Part shown: positions 52,360 through 64,000 of the stretch, in pieces | Layout: every line of letters begins with the position of its first letter | Position numbering within the stretch: the stretch's first letter is position 1 | Origin: Takakia lepidozioides | Lineage: Eukaryota; Plantae; Bryophyta | Assembly (NCBI GenBank): GCA_030704615.1 | Contig: CM060734.1 | Span: 3,720,001-3,784,000, forward strand | Direction: 5' to 3' | DNA: 64,000 nucleotides | Notes under the pieces: generated by a model | What the model was told of the DNA's origin: nothing | Database searches by the model: none | What the model saw: the letters and a program-made list of their open reading frames with translations, nothing else | Program-made: the position numbers and the translations under genes

Positions 52360-52937
52360 AACGACCGTCATTACTAGCGGTCACTTTTATTTTTATTTTT
52401 TTGTAAATGGAGCGACCGCCAAGGTGGCGGTCACTTCTAGAAGGTGTGCCCTGTGCGTGGCCTGATGAATGAGGGAGGGGGGGGCATATAAGCCAATGAA
52501 GGCTCATTCTCCCCCCACTTCCTCTCCACACAACTTCTGTATGCGTGGCATATAACTATTCCACGACACGTAGTCATATGGAGAAAGAGGCCATTGGCTG
52601 GGTATGGGGTATTTTTTGCCGCGATTTCTGTGAAGTCGTTGCAGAATGCTCCGAGGGGCCCACTCCTTGCCATGGTTACCCATTGCCGCCGACCATGGAA
52701 ATATGTTGACATTAAATCCCTGAAAATAAAAAATAAAAGCGACCGCCAGTAATGGCGGTCGCTGCATTTACAAAAAATAAAAAATAAAAGCGACCACTAG
52801 TAATGACGGTCGCTGTATTTACAAAAATAAAAAATAAAAGCGACTGCCAGTAATGGTGGTCGCTCCATTTACAAAAAAATAAAAGTAAAAGCGACCGCTA
52901 GTAATGGCGGTCGCTGCATTTACAAAAAATAAAAAAT
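52360..52937. repeat. Palindromic ~50-bp subterminal-type repeats (CACTA-like)
   Basis: AAAATAAAAGCGACCGCCAGTAATGGCGGTCGCTGCATTTACAAAA x4 at 52730-52930, plus inverted copies at 52360-52435. Confidence 0.75.
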
Positions 52938-54620
52938 TGTCATGGTTTTAGTCATGGTTAACTAGAATTACCTACTTCTAGTTAGCTAGGACATTTTAGA
53001 TATTTACATTTATATTTTGTGTGTTGGGACTTCATTTGGTCTCATGCCAAGTGAGGTGTCAAGCCTCACTTGGGACATGGGGATAGGTTTTCCCCTTGTG
53101 AGGGTTGATGAGGGCTCATCTTCTTGTAGTTGAGCCTCCATGAGCCTCTCTCACCTCCATAACTCTAGGTATTGAGAGGGAGTGTGTTGAGGGCTTTGTA
53201 GGGTGGATTCCTTTAGCAAAGGTGCCCTTGGCTTGACTTAGTTTATGTGATAGAGTGGATTTCACCTGGAAGGACTATGGCTTGTTCTTAGTGTGATTGC
53301 TTCATGCTTTGAGAGTTTTCATTGTCTTCCACTTCTCTCATTTTTCATCTCTTATCACTACAAGAAGATCACCTTATGCTTGTGAGTGCGGAGAAGGATT
53401 AGTTTTGCACTTGTATGTTAAAGAGGTTGAGATCTAGGAGAATTTAGCTCTTGTATCACAAGGCTTGCAAGGGGTTGCAAGGAAGGGTGCTCGGGTGTTG
53501 CATGCACCAAGGAGTTGGAGAGCTTGAGAAGAAAGCTCTTGAGTCACAAATTTTGCAAGGATTGCAAGGAGGAAGTCTTGTGTGTGTGGAAGTATGAATT
53601 CTAGGGTTTGAGAATCCTTTGTATGCATTATGGAGTCAATGGTGTGTGTCATGGCTTGTGGAGAGTGACAAAAGGCTTGTTAGTGCTTATTTCACTATCA
53701 AGCTAGGGTTAAGCAAGTTCAAAGTGTGGATGTTATGGAAGAGAAGCCAAGGAGCTACATAGGCTTGGGCTTGAAGACAACAAGGGCAAGCACTTGGAGA
53801 GCACTAAGAAGCTCAAGAGGTTTCGAAAGGGAGCATGTGAAGAAATCTTCCAATCATGGTGGTGTGGAGCCAAGCTTAGGGCATTGGAAGGGCTTGGAGA
53901 ACATATGGTGGGAAATCCTTGAAGGGAAATCATCATTCAATGTATGCATAGCTTCACCCTAACTATGTAATGTGACAAGAGGGGGAGGCAATATTTGGCT
54001 ATTCATGCTCTTGATAGTGCGAGCTTTGTGGTGGATAGTTGACCAATCAAGTAGTGCATGTGTGGAGCATGCTCTCTTGAGTTTGTAAGTTCAAGTTTGA
54101 GAAATGGAGCTCTTGAACTAGCAAGAGGTGAAGGCCTTGAGATCCATTTGTGTGTGAAGTGGAGAGGTGTTGATTCATGTTATGATGAAGGAGAGCAACA
54201 CATAGGCCAAGAGGTCATGGAACATGCATTCAAATGACCAAGGGGAGCACATGGATGATGGATTGGTGCAAGACCCCAAATGAGGCATATGGCGTGAGAG
54301 TGGGATCCAAGGCGGATTGCTTGGGAGCATTATTGTAAGTGACAAGCATTGCTCCTACACATTGAGATAATTTGTGTTGATTTGGAGCAATTGTCATGTG
54401 ATGAGGAGACAAATGCATGATTGCTCGGCAATGGAGATATGGTAGTTTGCAATCAAATCCCAAGGACTAGAAGGGGGATTGATTTGGTGGACAATGACTT
54501 GCAAGTTGAGTTGGACCACTCTTGGTTGCACATTGGGGTGGAAGAGAGCAAGAAGATGCCTCTTATGACCACCTAGAGACCATATTTTTGCTTGAGTAGA
54601 AGCATAGAAGTCAAGGACTT
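52938..54620. mobile_element. LTR-like or non-coding retrotransposon sequence
   Basis: Begins abruptly with TGTCATG and truncates the palindromic repeats; no credible ORF; end undefined. Confidence 0.4.
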
Positions 54621-54621
54621 G

Positions 54622-56732
54622 TGGACCAGGAGTGGCAGTGGGAAGATGAGCAAGAACGAGCTTTCCAAGAGCTCAAGGCGAGGTTGACCTCGGCGCCCAT
54701 CTTGAGATGACCTATCAGGGGGCGTCATTTTCAGCTGCATACAGATTGGAGCATGCTGGGGCTTGGAGCGGTGCTCACACAGGTGGATGATGAGGGAAGA
54801 GAGTTCGTAGTGGCTTATGCTAGCCGCTCGAACAACGTTGCAGAGACTAAGTATAGCTCATATGAGGGAGAATACTTAGCTGCATTGTGGGCCATGACAC
54901 ACTTCAAGTGCTATCTATACGGCAATCTCTTCACCCTTGTCACGGATCACCAACCACTCAAGTGGTTGATGGAGTCAGACAAGCTTACGGGGAAGCTTGC
55001 ACAGTGGGCACTGATCCTTCAAGAGTATGATTTTCAGGTTGTGCATCGACCAGGTTTGGTCAATCGCAATGCAGATGGGTTGAGTCGCAATCCATGCACA
55101 AGCCAGCAGGATGACACTGGAGCTCGGTGGCATGGTGAGACGGACGAGGAGATGGTGCCCGGATGGCTTGCATCTGCATTTCTATGTATCTTGGCAGTGG
55201 AAGGCCAGGTTGGACCTGCAATAGGGATGACTGTAGATCAAGTGTCTGAGGACCCTGAGGCCAGCAATGAGCAAGGTGACGCCAAAGATATACATGAGGA
55301 TTCAACTGTGTTGGACTACCTCCGCACTGGAGACACGACAGCCACTGTGACTGCCAAGGAGAGGGATCGGATCCTACAACGAGCCAAGAGGTTCAAGTGG
55401 GAGGGGACACACCTGCTCTAAGTGTGGGAGGATGGTCGAGTGAGGATTGTGCCTCACCCAACACAACGGGCACGGTTAGTGCGGCATGCCCATGAGGAGT
55501 TGGGGCATTTTGGGGTGCGACGCACTCATAGTCTACTGCAGGGGCAGTATTGGTGGCGTGGTATGCACACAGAGGTGCAACAATTTGTGGCTAGGTGCAT
55601 GGTATGTGACAGGGTGCGTGCTTCATTCAACGCCCATACTCCACAATTGCACCCTCTTCCGATCATGGGATTGGGCTACAGGTGGAGTCTTGACTTCGCA
55701 AGGCCGTTGCCACTGACCATGCGCCACAACAAGTACGTGTTGGTGATGGTGGAGCACTTCTCCAAGTAGATCGAGTTGGTTCCATTGTCGGATAAGGCTA
55801 GTGAGGGAGCTGCGTATGCATTCTTGGATTGTGTGCTTAGCCGATTCGGTGCTCCAGCTGAGGTACTCACGGACCAAGGGAGAGAGTTCTTGGGGGAGTT
55901 TCAGGCTTTGTGTGACAAAGCCTTGGTAGACCACCGTACCACTTCTTGGGATCATCCTGAGGCCAATGGCTTGGCAGAGAGGGTTGTTCAGACAGTAAAG
56001 AGGGGTTTGCGCAAGTATGGCTTGCAGAAGGGACACCTAGGAGATTGGGACTTTCAGTTACCCTGGTTAGCCATGGGCTACAGGTTCAGCAAGCAAGCAT
56101 CACTTGCCTTCTTCTCACCATACTTTCTTCTCTTTGGCCGAGAGCCAGATTTGCCTACATCCATTCGCAGAGAAGCTGCTACAGTTCTTAACCTTGACAA
56201 TCCAGACGTGTGGGCACGTGCATGTGAGCAGCGTGCAAAGTTGTTCAAGAAAGTCATGCCCATGGCTTTCGAGAACCTTGTCATTGCACAACATTGTGAT
56301 ACGTTGAGGTATGCTACCATACGTGGTGGGGGTTATCGTCCTGGGGTTCGGAGATTCAACCCTGGTGACTATGTCTATCTGCAGCAGACTGCTCCTACGA
56401 CCTTGGATGTGACTGCAGGACGTGTTATTTTGAGGGTTCGAGAGGTCTTGCCCTCATGCGTCTTGATCTTGGAGGGTCGGGATGGCATAACTTGGAAGGA
56501 CCATGTGCGTAATTGTGCACCATGCCACCTTCCGAATGTCAATGGCAGGATTGACCCAAACCTGACAGTGGTATCTGCAAGTTTGAGGTGCATGTTGTGT
56601 GGGTCTGCTAGAGGGGCAGCCACCATGCTAGTGTGTGATCGATGCTCTAGAGGTTGGCATAAGGGATGCTTGACTCCACTTCTTGAGATGGTTCCGGATG
56701 GGGATTGGTTATGTCCACATTGCATTGGATAG
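54622..56732 (+). pseudogene. Ty3/gypsy pol 3' half: RNase H, integrase and C-terminal PHD finger
   Basis: FQLHTDWS.LGLGAVL, LVTDHQPLKWL, H..LGHFG...C..C, RWSLDFA, VLTDQGREF, HPEANGLAER, then CMLC...LVCDRCSRGWHKGCLTP...VPDGDWLCPHC (C4HC3). Three in-frame stops. Confidence 0.93.
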
Positions 56733-56981
56733 TGGGAGTGGATACAACCATGGAAGACTAACAAGAAACGCAAGGCCAAGCTACTAGGAGACCTTGAACA
56801 CACGAGATCGTGGCTCAAGTTCACAGATTGCAAGACGGCGACTAACTCTTGTACCCGGCCTCTTGATCTATAGAGTTTGAGTACAATAGGGACAGTGATA
56901 GAGGACTTAGTACGGCTGTGGCTATTACATCTTGTAGCTATCTGGAGTTAGAGGGACCTATCCACCAGCTAGGGGGGCGAT

Positions 56982-57290
56982 TGTGACAGACTACTTTATT
57001 GTGCATATATGCGTGGTGTGGTTTGGACAACGATGTAGTTGTGTAGCGATATGTATGCGCACGACAGCTGTCAAGTTAAATAAACACAGTGTGAAACTAA
57101 CTAGAATAAAGCTAGTTATTTGTATTTAACACTTAGATTTAGTTCAAGTATTAAGTCAGGTGTCAAGTTTAGTTTGACACCTGAACCGTCTTATCTTCAC
57201 GAGAGCGTCAGTCGTACGGCTCATCTCTCTCGAATTGAGCCTGTACGACCGAGCTCCTTCACCGTTCAGAACCTTAGTTGTTTGTCCTCA
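56982..57290 (+). mobile_element. 3' LTR after a PPT
   Basis: AGGGGGGCGAT followed by TGTGACA downstream of the integrase; right end approximate. Confidence 0.65.
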
Positions 57291-57329
57291 TCAGATGGTG
57301 GCCTATCATCTGCATGGCTATTACCCTCC

Positions 57330-59414
57330 AAGAGCTCCCACCCCAAGCCACCACCCCTGAGAATGCAGCCAATGTGGGCATCATGTTCCTATGATCCATC
57401 GCTACATTCCCAATAAACCGCACTGGGAGCAGTGCATGTCGGCCATCCCCTGACCGCCACTCCTGCCTGTAGGATGCCGTTTCTTCTCAAAAGTCCAGAG
57501 TAAATCCCATGGGGTATAACACTGCCCCACCAACAAGCACATCATAAGACATCGCGTCCGTAACAATGGCTTTAGCTCTCATGACAGAGCCATCTGTAGG
57601 ATGATCTGGCTGCAATCGAATGAAGAGCTCATGGCGTGTAATCCCTCGTGCCTTCTCTGAACCGCCCAAAGATGTTTGAATTTGGAAAAGGCAAGGCTCC
57701 AAATCCGCCTCTGTAAGGCCCAAGCCTGCAATTGCTGCTCTCCCCAACATCAAAGGCTGTGCTCCCGAGTCCAACAAGACCCGCAGTGGCCTATACCTCC
57801 TCCCGGTTGGACCACCCAACTGAAATACTTCATCTTGATTATCCACCATGACTACTCTAGGAGTCACCATGTTGCGCTCAATGGCTGGCCTAGCTGACAA
57901 CTTCTGCAACCTTGCAGCTGCCGCTTGCCATGGCGCAGCTGTGGCTGACTTCACCCTTGAATCCAAAATATCCATAGACTGCACCTTATCTACTATCTCC
58001 GCGGATAGTGCCGGTGCATCACCACTCTCACAGAGTCTAGCTGCTAGTCTGAACACAGCAGCTGGCCGAATCCCCGACATTATAATGGTCATTGCAGAAA
58101 ACAGTGGAGCTTGGCAAATAGTCGTAGCCGGCCCCAACAATGTATTGGTTTTCCACAATGCCCATAGTGTAGTTGTGTAGGTTGTGCCTGTGCCAGCCCT
58201 TTGCCGCTCTCCGGGCAATCCTTCTTGACATGGGGTCCTCCACAATCCCAACATGACACATTCGTCTGTTGCTGGCCCGAGAATGAAGGGATAGTCGACC
58301 TCTGAATCTGAGATCCTCTATGGCCTTCCATAGGCTTCATCTGAGCCCCCTTGTTGCCTTGAGCACGTTAGGGAGTTGGTTGTTGTTGGCTAGGAACTCC
58401 ACTTTGTTGTGTCTCCTTGCCGAATCCCACCATAACCACCCGCTCCTCCACCATATTGAGTTCTATCCGCTCTGCCAGCAAAAACATATTTGCTAAGGTG
58501 GGTTGGGCTACTTGTATGAGAGTTGCATCCCGCACCCTTCTCCTCAGCTCTTTGTCCAGGATCCCATACCAGAACTGGACTGCCTGAGCTTTTGTAACCC
58601 CTTGGACTACGTTTATCAAGCGCCTCATGCGAGTGTAAGCCTCCCTCAAACTCTCAGCAGGCCTTCGTTAGAACTCTTGCAAGCTCCGCAACTTCTCTGT
58701 CCTTATCCCTTGGTAGTTTCTGTTCAACTCCTCGAATAACTCCACAACTGGGTTAAAAGCATGCACAGGTGCTGGTGCTGCAGCATGAGCTTGAGTGGAT
58801 TTCCCAGCTCTTGTACCACTTGTCCCACTACTAGTGCTTGCAGTTGGAGATGTTTGTGTAGCTGCTGGTGTCGCCGCTGCCCTTGTGCTTCTAGTGATGG
58901 AGACATAGTTAGGTGACCAATACTCTCGCCATTCCTCAATCTCCACCGCATGTCCCCACCTAAATTCATGGTAATCATCCATGGGCGGCCCCTCAAGGTG
59001 CTGGAATAGCCCCTTCCACGCCATAAAGGGCGTAAACAGTTGTGGATTGCGCATTTGCTGCAAATCACAACAACTGTCAAACTCCTGTATGAAGTCATCA
59101 AGCTCGATGGTGCCCACAGCTCCAGAGTACCTACGTGGCCCCTTGGTAGCTCCATACATCTCCTCCATCGTGTCCCACAACAATGGCACGGAAACGACTT
59201 GCACCCTCGGCGAGAATCCTCCTGACTCCGAGTCTGAACCTTCCTCAAAAGACACTGAAGGTGAAGGTGGCCTAAACCACACACCTCGTCTCGTGTACCC
59301 ACTAGTATCGCTGGTGCTCGTACCGGCACTCCCCTCAGCAACTAGTGGCACCTCCATGATGAAACTCACAACCCAACCGGTTGTCAACCTGTCTCTAATC
59401 CCCACTTTCCACAA
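57330..59414 (-). pseudogene. Ty3/gypsy gag-protease, second copy of the DNMT-bearing family, truncated after the protease
   Basis: Gag, zinc knuckle CWDCGGPHVKKDC and protease VLLDSGAQPLMLG; clearly homologous to 63050-63750. Confidence 0.88.
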
Positions 59415-60094
59415 GGTAACCGGGTACAGAACCTGTTGCGGCTAGTGGTTCAAGTAGAAATAATAGGTTTCTAATGTAGACCTGTACTTGCACCTGCATC
59501 CACCGCAAGTACTCCTATGGTCTGCTGGTCATCAACCTAGCCTCACCATAGAAGAAACACTGGTGGTCTTGCTGGTCATCACTCCAGCCTCACCACCGAC
59601 AGCATACTCTAGGATTGGCCGGTGATCAAATCCGGACCAACCTCCTATGAAAACAAGCGCCCACACAAAGCATCAAGACAACAACTCCCCCACACCAAAA
59701 ACACTCCACAGTGTCGCTCCTGCAAGGACACCCCAGCCCAAACCCGGACTAACTCTTGCCTCCACCTACGGAAAGGTTTTGGCCTACAGAGAGGTGAAAG
59801 ACTATGGGGAAGAGAAACTAAAGCAATTTCTAACCCCAGAATGCTCTCATCCCACCACTCTCTCTCTTGTTTCTATCCACTCGCTTGTATGGCCGTGGCA
59901 AGTATCCTTAAAATATCCCTCAATCAATCCTTCAAGAGCTTTTCAACATTGTCCACCAAAGCTCGAAGAATCCTCCAATACTCCTCCAAGGACCCCAAAG
60001 ATCCTCCAAACACTCCTCCAAGGGCCCTCAAATATCTTCCAAACAATCCTCCAAAGGCCCTTAAATTTCACTAAGTCCTTTTAATGTTGATACC

Positions 60095-60348
60095 TTAACA
60101 GAGGTATAGTCTGAGGTTGCTAGGGTCCCTTATGTTGATTATACCTTTACAGAGGTATAGTCTGAAAATGAGGGTTCTGTTTGGTATACTAACAGAGGTA
60201 TAGTCTGAGCTGATTAGGGTCCACATATGGTGATACCTCAACAGAGGTATAGTAAAAGGGACAAGCTCCTGTTTGGTATACTAACAGAGGTATAGTATGA
60301 GCTGATTAGGGTTCACATATGGTGATACCTCAATAGAGGTATAGTAAA
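60095..60348 (+). repeat. Six copies of an ACAGAGGTATAGT core at 43-50 bp spacing
   Basis: Direct repeats near 60098, 60149, 60192, 60241, 60284 and 60333; the intervening sequences are related to each other in alternation. Confidence 0.85.
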
Positions 60349-60419
60349 ATGAACCAGGAGTCACCATGCTGCGCTCAATGGCTGGCCTAATTGGCAACTC
60401 TTGCAACCTTGCAGCTGCC

Positions 60420-63400
60420 GCTTGGTTAGAGCCTTTGCAATGGCACTAAATCCCTTGACAAACCGTCTATAATAGTTTGCCAACCCCATGAAAGCTCGAA
60501 CTCGGCTTACATTCGTGGGGCGTGGGATCTGTGCAATGGCCTCTACCTTAGTCTGCTGTACCCCCAATCCTCCAGGATATATCATATGACCCAGATACTC
60601 AATCTGGTTGTGGAAAAACTTGCACTTCCCCGGATGTAATTTCAATCCGTGCGCCCTCAAGCGCTCAAATACCACCTGGAGGTGTCTCTCATGCTCCTCC
60701 ACCGTAGCACTAAAGATGATGATGTCATCTATGTAGCACCGAGCAAACTCCACCCCTGCTAGAATCCTGTCCATGACTCTTTGAAACTCTGCAGAAGCAT
60801 TTTTAAGCCCAAATGGTAAGAACCGCCACTGGTATAGGCAACCCTTCCCGTGCTCATTGATCCCCCAGAATGCCGTCTTCTGCTTATCCGCCTCCTTGAT
60901 CGACAACTGGTGATATTCGGATCGTAAATCCAAAGTGCTAAAGACCTTGGCATGCCCAATGGCATCAAAGATCTCCTCTGGTGTCGGCATAGCATACCTA
61001 TCGGACTTGGTCTGACGATTTACAGGCCGGTAATCACCGCACATACGTCTCTCCGTCCAATTGCCATAGACATCCTTCTTGGCTGGCATCACTGTGGCTG
61101 AAGCATATTCTCTCCCAGATAGCTCCACCAAACCAGCCTCCCAAAGGTCCCGAGTTCTCATCTGAATCAAAGACCTCTCCATGTCACTGTACCTATAGGG
61201 TCTCCGAAAGATTGGCGTGTCAGTAGCCAATTCAATGCGAATCTCTTGACCCTTCAGTGCTCCTAAGTCCTTCAAACTGAAGGCAAAGCAGTTCCTGTAA
61301 GCCCTCAAGAACTGCCGTATACGTCGTCCCTCTTCTCTGGTGACTATAGGTCCAACATGAGGCTCCCAGTTGTCCTCCGTGACTGCAACCTTGAGTCCAA
61401 TAGGCTTAAAGGTAGAAGACACGTCCCGTGGTTGCTATGCTGCAACCTCTTGAGCAGTGACCACTGCCTCCTCTATTAGTGACAATGTCTCACCCTGCCC
61501 CATCATCCCATCCTTGAGGACCTCCTCAACCCGAGAAAAATCCCCAACCTGATCCATCACCGCCGCCTTGGCTGCCAACTCATTCTGAACCTCGAGCACC
61601 TCCCACGTGTGCCATGGATGCGGCCTGCACCTCGTGGTCCTCACCTGCTCGCCCCCACTTGTTGCCTGTACCGTCTTTGTAGGTAGGGAGACCATGAAGG
61701 GAAGTGTATTCCGTACTCTGCGCTGCTCAGCCATAGCCAAGCTGATAATTCAGGTCAAGCAATTGAGATCCATTGCTTGCCCCAACACCTGACGACGTGA
61801 TGCCTCAGAAAGAGATGGCACCGCCGTGGTACCAGTGGTAAAACCCATCGCCTGCTCGCGCTTGTCAGCATTGGGCTCCACTAATTGTTGCAGCTGGCTA
61901 TCCCACAAGAGGCCAGGCCCACCATCCCGAAAAACATGGGATCCTGGGAAGCTGAGCAGTGTAGGTAATGCTGCTCGTGGTTGACCCACCCTGTTGACCA
62001 CTGCCAAAGGCGAACGGTCATCGTGTCTCACACGTTGAGACTGTCTCCCTGTGTCCAAAATGCTAACCACTGTGAGGTGTGCTGGCAGCTGCACCCCATC
62101 AAATGCACGCTTGAGCAGTGCGGGTGGCATCAAGTTAGTCCTACCATAGCCGTGGACGATGAGCCCGTGACCCCACTACAGCTGCATCCAACAACACTGA
62201 TGACCCAAGCCACGATCAGACTTGATACACACTGGCCATCACCCTGGCCCGAGAATCACCTATCGGTGGCACATTCTCCAAGATGTATGCTGGAGATACA
62301 GCTTGATGAAGTTGCAAGTGGCGCAAAACCCGCACCATCTCCCAAAACAGACCCGTCCTTGAGTCTCGCAATCCATTGCCATGCCCGGCTGATGAATGCC
62401 CTTGGCAGGGGCAACCTGCCACTACCAAATCAATGGAGCCAACCTGCTCCAAATCCTGTGCCCCCAACAACGAAATGTCTGCTGGCAAGGCTTGTTGGTA
62501 TCCATGAACTGCAGACACTGACAACAAATCAGGGTACTGCTGTACCAACTAAGCAACATGGCGTAGTGAGATGCGTCGTGCAGTCTCATCCCTCTCCACA
62601 TACAGGTAACGTCGAATTTGTACACCTGCCTGCAACACTACAGCCAATCCAGTGCTGATCCCGCCAAACAAGTCCAGAAGGTATATGCCTTCATCCGGGC
62701 ACTGCCACACAAGAGGTGTGGTATCCAATGGCGACAACTGAGGTGGTCCTGGTGCAATCACCGCACTCTCTTCTTCTTCTGACGGTATGAAGGCCTCTAT
62801 CCAGGCTTGTTGCACCTGTCCATCAACAGCCTGCTGCAAATCCTTGCTCGTACCCCACAATGGAGTGTGAGCAACCATGGCAAGCAACTGCGCCGTACCA
62901 TGCATGTCATCCTGCTCTGCTGAAGATGGCACATCCTCTGCATGGGCATTGCCTTCCAGCAACTCTCCAGGCCAACTAACCGCAGCTGTAAAGACGGCTA
63001 GTGTTGGCATCTTGCCCCGCTGGGCAGCCGCAGTACCCCCAATGAATGTCACAGGGAGCTGTGTATGACGACCATCCCTTGACTGTCATCCAGGCCTGTA
63101 GGATGCTGACTCCTCCCAAAAGTCCAGGGTGAAGCCCATGGGATATAATACTGCCCCACCAACGAGGACATCGTAAGAGACCGCGTCTGTCACAATGGCC
63201 TTGGCTCGCATCACTTAGCCATCTATAGGATAATCCAGCTGCAGTCTAATGGCCAACTCACGCCGTGTCATGCCCCGAGCCTGCTCTGATCCTCCCAGAG
63301 ATGTCTGTATCTGGAAAGGACAAGGCTCCATATCCGCCTCCATGAGGCCCAAACCTGCAATAGCAGCTCTGCCCAACATCAGTGGCTAAGCTCCCGAGTC

Positions 63401-64000
63401 CAACAAGACCCGCAGTGGCCGGTACTTCTTGCCTGCCGGTCCACTCAAAGAGAAAATGCCATCCTGGTTGTCTAACAAGACAACTCCAAGTGTCATCATG
63501 GCGCGCTCAAAGGCTGGCCTAGCTGATAGCTCCGTCAACCTGGTAGCTGCAGCTTGCCATGGCGCAGCCGTGGCAGTCTTGACCCTCAAATCCGAGGATC
63601 CCTCTGCCACTACACCTTCCAGTAACTCCGCAGAAGATGAAGTGACCTCCCTACTCTCACAGAGTGTTGCTGCTAGTCTGAACACTACAGCTGGTCTTAC
63701 CCCCGGCGTCGCAATCATGGTTGCCGAGAACAATGGGGCTTGACACACAGAGGTGGCTACCCCCAATAACACACCGGCTGCACTAGCCTTGGTAGCAGGT
63801 GTCAGTGATGCACGTGTAGCTCTCCCCAATGGCATAGTAACCTCCGCCTCGGTAACAGTCGGGCGATAACTAGGTGCCATGGATGGCGTCAACACTGTCT
63901 CCGCCAATGTGAATGACTGAGGAAGCCTCGCCTGACGGCTTGCCTCCCCACGTTGTGGATCCAATTCCACCTCTGCACCTCGTGACTCAGGAACTCGTGC
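60420..64000 (-). mobile_element. Ty3/gypsy pol: protease, C5 DNA methyltransferase, reverse transcriptase
   Basis: Protease VLLDSGA (~63390-63410), DNMT motifs (61750-62695) and RT (RMCGDYRPVN, FSTLDLRS, LPFGLKNA, YIDD) are collinear, with a few stops and a frameshift. Confidence 0.93.
61750..62695 (-). pseudogene. DNMT3-like cytosine-5 methyltransferase domain within pol
   Basis: Motif I LDLFGGI; II YVERD; III ADI; IV DLVVAGCPCQG; VI ILENV; VIII RAHRPRLW(W)TN; IX-X REQAMGF..G.T...RRQVLGQAM. Confidence 0.9.

Noticed and set aside
60095-60348. CRISPR-like short direct repeats with spacers
   Set aside because: The spacers are related to each other, the context is a eukaryotic TE and no cas genes are present; it is an ordinary tandem repeat.
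61981-62658. 225-aa plus-strand ORF
   Set aside because: Antisense shadow of the DNMT domain with no independent motifs.

Overview
Eukaryotic, TE-dense nuclear DNA from a green plant, most likely a non-seed land plant such as a bryophyte (inferred from spliced genes, a plastid-targeted NusG homologue and the TE types). There is one apparently intact host gene, a five-exon pTAC13/NusG-like gene at 962-5408 on the minus strand. The rest is nested, mostly degenerate mobile DNA: several Ty3/gypsy elements and solo LTRs, TIR elements and MITEs, non-LTR fragments, a ~1.14 kb satellite running into a 500-N gap, and a cluster of long hairpins. The highlights are TE-borne epigenetic enzymes. (1) A Ty3/gypsy pol carries a DNMT3-like C5-cytosine methyltransferase domain between protease and RT, and a neighbouring, probably same-family pol ends in an integrase-PHD finger fusion. 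(2) A TA-flanked TIR element carries a spliced beta-class N4/N6 DNA methyltransferase fragment plus a SWIM-finger fragment, with a spliced ParB-like gene nearby that may be the N-terminal half of the same protein family. (3) A non-LTR fragment with RNase H plus a restriction-like endonuclease and a 13-bp TSD resembles the Dualen/RandI clade. All domain calls come from motif recognition by eye; no searches were run.
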